DNA from: Flavobacterium sp.
GTDB lineage: Bacteria; Bacteroidota; Bacteroidia; Flavobacteriales; Flavobacteriaceae
NCBI GenBank assembly: GCA_017987725.1
Contig: JAGNTC010000002.1
Span: 1-45,023 of the forward strand
Length of the DNA stretch: 45,023 nucleotides
Direction: 5' to 3'
In this document: in pieces, positions 38,257 through 45,023 of the stretch
Position numbering within the stretch: position 1 is the stretch's first letter
Layout: each line of letters opens with the position of its first letter
The notes under the pieces: generated by a model
Databases searched by the model: none
What the model saw: the letters and a program-made list of their open reading frames with translations, nothing else
What the model was told of the DNA's origin: nothing
Translations under genes and position numbers: made by a program

Positions 38257-39873
38257 TTATTCTTTGACTAGTTTCACTTGACTGCAATGGCCAGTTACAC
38301 TTTCACAATTCAAAAAATAAACTCCTGTTTGCCAAGAAGAAGTATCTATCGAAAGGGTTGAAGAATTTGGAAGAACATCGGCAATTTTCACTCCCAACAT
38401 AGTATAAACAAGCACATGTTGAATGGCCTGATTTGCTGAAATCTGCAACTGGTTTTTTACCGGATTAACTACCTGTAAAGTCAATTCAGGAGTTGGTTGG
38501 TGAATAGCTAAACTCGAAATGATAAAATTTTGCGCATACATTTTAGGCGATGAATCGCTTGCTTTTTGCTCCAAAAAAGTAGCTACACTTTGACCATTTA
38601 CTTGTTTTGTAAAGCCAATTCTACTTTTGGATGCGCTGTAATTGGCTATCGGCAACTGATGCTCAGGCCAAACAAAATCACCGTTTTCATCTAAGTAAAC
38701 CGCATGCAAAGTAACTGGTGAAGCACCCGTATCCATCCCCATTTTAAGCATATAAAATGGAGTGCCGCCTGCCAAATGCAATTCACCAACATGTACATCT
38801 GAATCACTACTAATCGGAAAAACTTCTTTGGCTGTATCCGTAAATAACCGTGCCCCTGAATTTTTATCGATTTTTTGGATGTATTCGCCACTCATGCTTT
38901 GGGATGTATTCATGTACGTACAAGTGGCCCAAACCACAGCAGCTGTAGGATCTAAATTGATCTCTGTGCTCATTTCATAATTGGTTTGGTTGGTGTCAAA
39001 ATCAACGCCATTGATACCCCAGGGTAGAGTGCCGTCACCATTGATGCGTTGCACATAGGAATCAAATCGATTAGATCCCGACAAAAAATAGCCGTAAAAC
39101 ACTGATTCGCCGTCGGTTTTACCTGTATAACTTCGATTAAACTGAGAAGCCTTGTTGGTTATTTGTGTAGGGGTAGCCCATTGTGCCACGCCTGCTGCCG
39201 AATAGCGTTGCGCATAGAGGTTTGAATAAATTGACGCCAAGGTTTTGTGAAAAACCAGCATATAATCTCCGTTGTTGAGCTCAAACATGCCCGCGGGAAT
39301 CGTGTTGCTTGTCCCCAACTGAATAGGCACTGGACTAGCCCAAAGAGCATTTCCGGCAGCATCAAATTTTTGCATTACCGATTGACCCGATGGATACCAA
39401 CTTACAATGGTTTCGCCACTGCTTAAGGGCAAAACTTTAACAATATTTCCGGTTCCCACTTGAATGCCATTGGTTCCCCACAAATGATTTCCTTGAAGAT
39501 CCAATTTAAACACATAGGCATTTCCATCTTGCGTTCCGGTTGCCCCAATGTATAAGTTGTCATTGGCATCTACCGTTACTGACCAAATTACGGTATAGGT
39601 GCTCATGCCTATTAAGGTACTCACCAACATCCCGTCAGGACCAAATTGAGGTACACCCGCCGCGTTGAGTAGTTGCATGCGCAATTCATAATTTTGAGGT
39701 GCGGGTACATTTTTCCAATACACAACATAGGTTTGCCCATCAGAAGTACCGACAGATTGTATATCTTGGGTGGGCGAATTGGCCACAAGGGTATTTACAG
39801 AAAGATTGGTTGTCCATTGAGCTATAGTTGGAAAGGAAAGCAACAGCAGTAAAAAAGGCAATATTTTTTTCAT
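38257..39873 (-). CDS. T9SS type A sorting-domain protein, probable 7-bladed beta-propeller
   Basis: Signal peptide (MKKILPFLLLLLSFPTIA-Q), seven degenerate KLDxxGxxLW-type repeats and a C-terminal NPVKNQL...YTMLG...GVYFL...KLVKE domain. Confidence 0.85.
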   Translation of the reverse strand: MKKILPFLLLLLSFPTIAQWTTNLSVNTLVANSPTQDIQSVGTSDGQTYVVYWKNVPAPQNYELRMQLLNAAGVPQFGPDGMLVSTLIGMSTYTVIWSVTVDANDNLYIGATGTQDGNAYVFKLDLQGNHLWGTNGIQVGTGNIVKVLPLSSGETIVSWYPSGQSVMQKFDAAGNALWASPVPIQLGTSNTIPAGMFELNNGDYMLVFHKTLASIYSNLYAQRYSAAGVAQWATPTQITNKASQFNRSYTGKTDGESVFYGYFLSGSNRFDSYVQRINGDGTLPWGINGVDFDTNQTNYEMSTEINLDPTAAVVWATCTYMNTSQSMSGEYIQKIDKNSGARLFTDTAKEVFPISSDSDVHVGELHLAGGTPFYMLKMGMDTGASPVTLHAVYLDENGDFVWPEHQLPIANYSASKSRIGFTKQVNGQSVATFLEQKASDSSPKMYAQNFIISSLAIHQPTPELTLQVVNPVKNQLQISANQAIQHVLVYTMLGVKIADVLPNSSTLSIDTSSWQTGVYFLNCESVTGHCSQVKLVKE

Positions 39874-39906
39874 CTTATTCAAAATTATGGAGTTGCAATA
39901 TGCAGA

Positions 39907-40860
39907 TCAAATATAGGTTTTTTTTGCCGTTTTAGGTAAAAAGATTTCGGCCATCATGCAACGGGCACTTCCTCCGCCACAGGCTTCGATAGTATCTAAA
40001 CTCGAACTGAGGATTTGCGCATGTTTTTCCAATTTAGCCACTTGGTCGGCAGTAAGGCTTTGGTGTGCCGCAGCGCTCATCACCAATAATTTTTGCTGAT
40101 TTGCCCCAACTAATTCGAGCATATTTCCGGCAAAATTATTTACCTGATCTTCCGAAATTAGGATTACTTCTTTGCCCGATTTTTTCAATTGTTCCAAGAC
40201 GAATTTACGCTCTTGTTTGTCGTCGATACAATCGGCACAAATTACGGCAAAAGTGCTGCCCAAGCACATCATTACGTTGGTGTGGTAAATGAGTTTACGT
40301 TCAAGATTAATGGTTTGATAGGCACTAAAAATAACCGGAGCCATGTCAAAATCTTCGCAAAATTCGATAAACAATTCTTCGTCGGCTCGCGGAGACAAGG
40401 CACAATAAGCAATGCCGTTGGCGCGATCCAAAAGCAAACTACCCGTTCCTTCAAGGAAAAAACCATCGTTTTCGGCAGACGTATAATCAACAATATTTTC
40501 GATGTGAAAGCCTTTCTCTTCCAGTATGTCCAAGATGTCTTCGCGGCGTTCGCTTCGACGGTTTTCAGCAAACATCGGATACAAGACCACGTCGCCATTT
40601 TGGTGAAATGAAATCCAATTGTTTGGAAAAATAGAATCGGGTGTATCGGGATTTAAGGTATCGTCAACAACAGTGACATCAATTCCTGCCGCTTGCAATT
40701 TTTCGACAAAGGCATCAAATTCCTGCTGAGCTTTGGCATTGACGGTGGCCGGCAATAAGTTGTCCAGCACTTTTTGGTAATAATTATTGACTGCAGTTTG
40801 CTCGTTCATCCGAAAAGCAACCGGACGTATCACGAGAATGGAAGAGGTGGTTTGGTTCAT
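39907..40860 (-). CDS. ctlX: Citrulline utilization hydrolase-like amidinotransferase
   Basis: Motifs PDSIFPNNW, LEGTG, YHTNV and GGGSARCMMAE. Confidence 0.88.
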   Translation of the reverse strand: MNQTTSSILVIRPVAFRMNEQTAVNNYYQKVLDNLLPATVNAKAQQEFDAFVEKLQAAGIDVTVVDDTLNPDTPDSIFPNNWISFHQNGDVVLYPMFAENRRSERREDILDILEEKGFHIENIVDYTSAENDGFFLEGTGSLLLDRANGIAYCALSPRADEELFIEFCEDFDMAPVIFSAYQTINLERKLIYHTNVMMCLGSTFAVICADCIDDKQERKFVLEQLKKSGKEVILISEDQVNNFAGNMLELVGANQQKLLVMSAAAHQSLTADQVAKLEKHAQILSSSLDTIEACGGGSARCMMAEIFLPKTAKKTYI

Positions 40861-40909
40861 TTTTGAGTTATCTGTTGTGAGTTGTCTGTTTTCTGTTCTG
40901 GGTTGTGTG
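40861..40909 (+). repeat. Array of 7 degenerate heptamers (TTnT[GC]nG)
   Basis: ttttgag ttatctg ttgtgag ttgtctg ttttctg ttctggg ttgtgtg, in unbroken 7-nt register. Confidence 0.9.
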
Positions 40910-40914
40910 CAAAA

Positions 40915-41283
40915 TTAGGATTTCCAGTTTTGTTCTACGTATTTAATAAAGGAATAAATTTTTGCTCCAAGTATGTTATATTGTTCACCTAGGTTATGAA
41001 AAAGATCTTTTTCAACAGGATATAGATATTCTAATTTCTCTAAATGATTGATTGTTTCTAGACAACTTGCATGAGAAAAGATCAAGAATCGAATGAAATC
41101 AGGTTTGTATCGCTTTCTTCCATATCCTTCCACAATATTTGTGATAACAGAATCAGAAGCTCTTCGTAACTGACTACCCAACTCATATATTTCGTATTTT
41201 GGAAGTCTTAAAGATGCTGGATGGGTTTAATAAAATAATTCTAATCCAATTTTATAAATGTCTAAATCCCTATAACTGCTCAT
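40915..41283 (-). pseudogene. Four-helix-bundle protein (23S rRNA IVP / bAvd-like family) with an in-frame stop
   Basis: From ATG 41283: [55 protein letters not shown]...FIRFLIFSHASCLET. Family motifs YRDLDIY, LPKYE, QLRRA-x-S and NIVEG are present. TAA at 41229-41227. Confidence 0.85.
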
Positions 41284-41324
41284 ATCTACTTATTTTGGCG
41301 TGTAATTTATATTCTTAGCGCAAT

Positions 41325-41352
41325 CCGATAACTGACAACCGACAACTAAAAA
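41325..41352 (+). repeat. Array of 4 degenerate heptamers, inverted relative to 40861-40909
   Basis: ccgataa ctgacaa ccgacaa ctaaaaa (CnnAnAA, the reverse complement of TTnTnnG). Confidence 0.85.
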
Positions 41353-41353
41353 C

Positions 41354-42268
41354 CTATTCCCTAATCAACGGCAAAGTTGAGCAGCGCAACAGGCCTTCTT
41401 GTTTGGCGATTTCGGCGTAAGGTATTTCTTCAACGGTAAAGCCATTGTCGCGCAACCAGGTATTGAGACGGGTGAATTTTTGTTCGGAAACCACTACGTT
41501 GGTATCAATGGAGAACACATTGGAATTCATGTGGTACATTTCATCTCTGGTGAGGTGAAACAAATTGTCTTTGCCAAATAATTTGACCAAAAACACGTAA
41601 TCGGCCTCTTCGCGGAATCCGCTTTTGTAAATAATTCCTTTGTTATTGCCCACCGGCTGAAAGCAACAATCCAAATGCAGCGCATTGTCACGTGCTTCTA
41701 ATTTAGATTTTACTAAATCAAATGCTTTGACTTTCTTGTTCGGAAAAAGGGCTTGGATATAATTGACTCCAGCCATATTGGTCCGAGCGGTGATGTAATC
41801 TTTGTAATCAGAGCCTTTGTAGGTGCCGATAAAAATATAGTCATTCCATAACATTACGTCGCCACCTTCAATGTGCACTACCTCGGGCGGACGAACCACT
41901 TTGGTAGGATCCATCTGATCAATCACGTATTGAATTGCCTCTAATTCGCGCTCTCTATCGGGCAAAATGTTGGCTTTGATAAATACATCGTCGATCACAA
42001 ATCCGATGTCGCGAGAAAAAATTTGGTTGTAATTTTCAATCATTTCCGGACGGAATACCTGCACGTCGTATTTTTGAAACACCGCATTAAAGGCTTCCAT
42101 TTCGCGCACCATATCGGCTTCTATCGGATAAGTTCCGGCTAAAATGTGCTCTAAGGATTTGGGATCGTAGGCTTCTTCCGCAGTTGGAGTTGGTCCATTG
42201 TGAACGGCCGTTCCCAGTACTACGGCTTTTAATTTGGCTGTTTCATTGGTAACATGAAGTGGTAACAT
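41354..42268 (-). CDS. Amidinotransferase/DDAH/arginine deiminase superfamily protein
   Basis: Catalytic motifs FSRD, IEGGD, LHLDC and GLLRCSTLP. Confidence 0.88.
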   Translation of the reverse strand: MLPLHVTNETAKLKAVVLGTAVHNGPTPTAEEAYDPKSLEHILAGTYPIEADMVREMEAFNAVFQKYDVQVFRPEMIENYNQIFSRDIGFVIDDVFIKANILPDRERELEAIQYVIDQMDPTKVVRPPEVVHIEGGDVMLWNDYIFIGTYKGSDYKDYITARTNMAGVNYIQALFPNKKVKAFDLVKSKLEARDNALHLDCCFQPVGNNKGIIYKSGFREEADYVFLVKLFGKDNLFHLTRDEMYHMNSNVFSIDTNVVVSEQKFTRLNTWLRDNGFTVEEIPYAEIAKQEGLLRCSTLPLIRE

Positions 42269-42289
42269 ACGTTTGATTTAGCTTGGAAA

Positions 42290-42297
42290 CAAATATA
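42290..42297 (-). promoter_or_regulatory. -7 promoter box upstream of the amidinotransferase operon
   Basis: Minus-strand TATATTTG, 21 nt before the ATG and overlapping the U-tract of the gltA terminator. Confidence 0.5.
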
Positions 42298-42325
42298 AAA
42301 AAGCTTCCCATTTGTGAGAAGCTTT
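42296..42325 (-). terminator. Intrinsic terminator of gltA
   Basis: AAAGCTTC...GAAGCTTT hairpin followed on the minus strand by a T tract. Confidence 0.65.
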
Positions 42326-42346
42326 GTTTATAACTAATGAAAGATA

Positions 42347-43630
42347 TTAGCGCTTTTCTTTAGCGACAAAATCACGTAACGGATACCCTACATAAACTTG
42401 TCTTGGTCGACCAATCGGTTCTTTGTTGACACGCATTTCTTTCCATTGAGCAATCCAACCAGGTAAACGGCCAATAGCAAATAATACCGTAAACATTTCA
42501 ACTGGAATTCCCATGGCGCGGTAGATGATTCCTGAGTAAAAATCTACGTTTGGATATAAATTTCTTGATTTGAAATAGTCGTCTTCTAAAGCTACTTTTT
42601 CTAATTGTTTGGCAATGTCCAACAATGGATCATCAACACCTAAAGCGGTCAACACATCATCGGCTGCTTTTTTAATGATGGTAGCTCTCGGATCGAAGTT
42701 TTTATATACACGGTGTCCAAAGCCCATCAAACGGAATGGGTCCTCTTTGTCTTTTGCTTTTAAAACGAATTTCGCCACATCACCCCCATTGTCATGGATT
42801 TCTTGCAGCATCTCTAATACAGCTTGGTTTGCCCCTCCGTGAAGTGGTCCCCAAAGTGCAGAAACTCCAGCAGATATTGATGCAAATAAGCCCGCATGAG
42901 AAGAACCAACGATTCGTACGGTTGACGTTGAACAGTTTTGTTCGTGATCGGCGTGTAAAATAAATAATTTATCAAGCGCAGCTACTACTTTTGGATCAGC
43001 TGCATAAGGCCCTGTAGGCAATTCAAACATCAAACGCATGAAATTATCTACATAACCTTTGGTATTGTCGTAATAGTTTAAAGGAAAACCCATTGATTTT
43101 CTGTACGTCCATGAAGCAATCACCAGGAATTTACCCATGGTTTTACATACCGCATCGTACATTTCTTTTTCGTTATGCGGATTCACAGCTTTTGGATTAA
43201 AAGCAGTTAATGCACTTGTTAAGGATGCCAAAACGCCCATGGGATGTGCTGTTTTAGGAAAACCATCAATGATGTTTTTCATTTCCTCATTTACTAAAGT
43301 ATACTTGCGGATGTCATTTTCGAACTTCTCTAATTGAGCTGTTGTTGGCAATTCGCCAAAAATCAATAAATAGGAAACTTCTAAAAAACTGGCTTTATCC
43401 GCCAAGTCTTCGATGGCATATCCGCGGTAGCGAAGAATTCCTTCTTCTCCATCTAAAAAGGTGATTTCACTTTTGCAAGATCCTGAATTTTTATAACCGG
43501 GATCTAAGGTAATTGCGCCGGTGAGGGCACGCAATTTATCAATATCGATTGCAGGTTCATTTTCGCTCCCAACAAGTACAGGGAACTCATACTTTTGCCC
43601 GTCGAATTCTAATATGGCTGTTTTTGACAT
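42347..43630 (-). CDS. gltA: Citrate synthase
   Basis: Motifs GILRYRGY, HPMG, HADHEQNCST, GPLHGGAN, MGFGHRVYK and YPNVDFYSG. Confidence 0.97.
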   Translation of the reverse strand: MSKTAILEFDGQKYEFPVLVGSENEPAIDIDKLRALTGAITLDPGYKNSGSCKSEITFLDGEEGILRYRGYAIEDLADKASFLEVSYLLIFGELPTTAQLEKFENDIRKYTLVNEEMKNIIDGFPKTAHPMGVLASLTSALTAFNPKAVNPHNEKEMYDAVCKTMGKFLVIASWTYRKSMGFPLNYYDNTKGYVDNFMRLMFELPTGPYAADPKVVAALDKLFILHADHEQNCSTSTVRIVGSSHAGLFASISAGVSALWGPLHGGANQAVLEMLQEIHDNGGDVAKFVLKAKDKEDPFRLMGFGHRVYKNFDPRATIIKKAADDVLTALGVDDPLLDIAKQLEKVALEDDYFKSRNLYPNVDFYSGIIYRAMGIPVEMFTVLFAIGRLPGWIAQWKEMRVNKEPIGRPRQVYVGYPLRDFVAKEKR

Positions 43631-43671
43631 GATTGTATTAACGTATTAAGTGCGGTAAATTAAAAACTGAA

Positions 43672-43679
43672 CAAATTTA
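43672..43679 (-). promoter_or_regulatory. -7 promoter box upstream of gltA
   Basis: Minus-strand TAAATTTG, 41 nt before the ATG. Confidence 0.5.
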
Positions 43680-43770
43680 GTCAAATAGATCCCATATAAA
43701 AAAGATTAATCTCATTGAATTTGCCAATTTAAAATAGATATAACAAAATTTAACAAAACACTAAGAAATA

Positions 43771-43797
43771 CAAAACCCAACACAAGGTGCTGGGTTT
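43771..43797 (-). terminator. Intrinsic terminator of eno
   Basis: Minus-strand AAACCCAGCAC-CTT-GTGTTGGGTTTT hairpin with one G:U pair. Confidence 0.7.
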
Positions 43798-43820
43798 GAT
43801 GTAATAAATTCGGGTGAATT

Positions 43821-45023
<1,203 letters not shown>

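Noticed and set aside
40861-41352. Heptamer arrays as a CRISPR array, IS terminal repeats or part of a DGR
   Set aside because: There is no repeat-spacer structure, cas gene, transposase, reverse transcriptase or TR/VR pair in the window.

Overview
This 45-kb window looks like a Flavobacterium-type (Bacteroidota) chromosome segment, judged from a T9SS cargo protein, TAnnTTTG promoter boxes and the recR-wza-wzc gene order. Left end (1-4.4 kb, minus strand): start of a sialic-acid glycan cluster with an ABC flippase-like transporter, a GT2, neuA, a methyltransferase-fold protein and a partial neuB that the ORF track missed. Middle (4.6-34.8 kb): a ~29-kb Wzx/Wzy capsule/EPS locus bracketed by two wza-wzc pairs, plus a convergent PHP-family tyrosine phosphatase. 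It carries uronic-acid and bacillosamine-type precursor genes, two pyruvyltransferases, two O-acylation systems and an ATP-grasp + HAD pair where a PglD acetyltransferase is usually found. Right end: recR, a sodium:solute symporter, a CoA-binding protein, marC, a T9SS beta-propeller, ctlX, an amidinotransferase-family gene, gltA and partial eno. The most unusual structure is at 40861-41353. A low-GC four-helix-bundle (23S-rRNA-IVP/bAvd-like) gene with an in-frame TAA is bracketed by two mutually inverted arrays of degenerate 7-nt repeats. The arrays begin 1 nt after the upstream stop codon and end exactly at the downstream ATG, which suggests an 'mRNA intervening sequence' or unrecognised mobile cassette. 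All calls come from motif reading and recall; no database searches were run.
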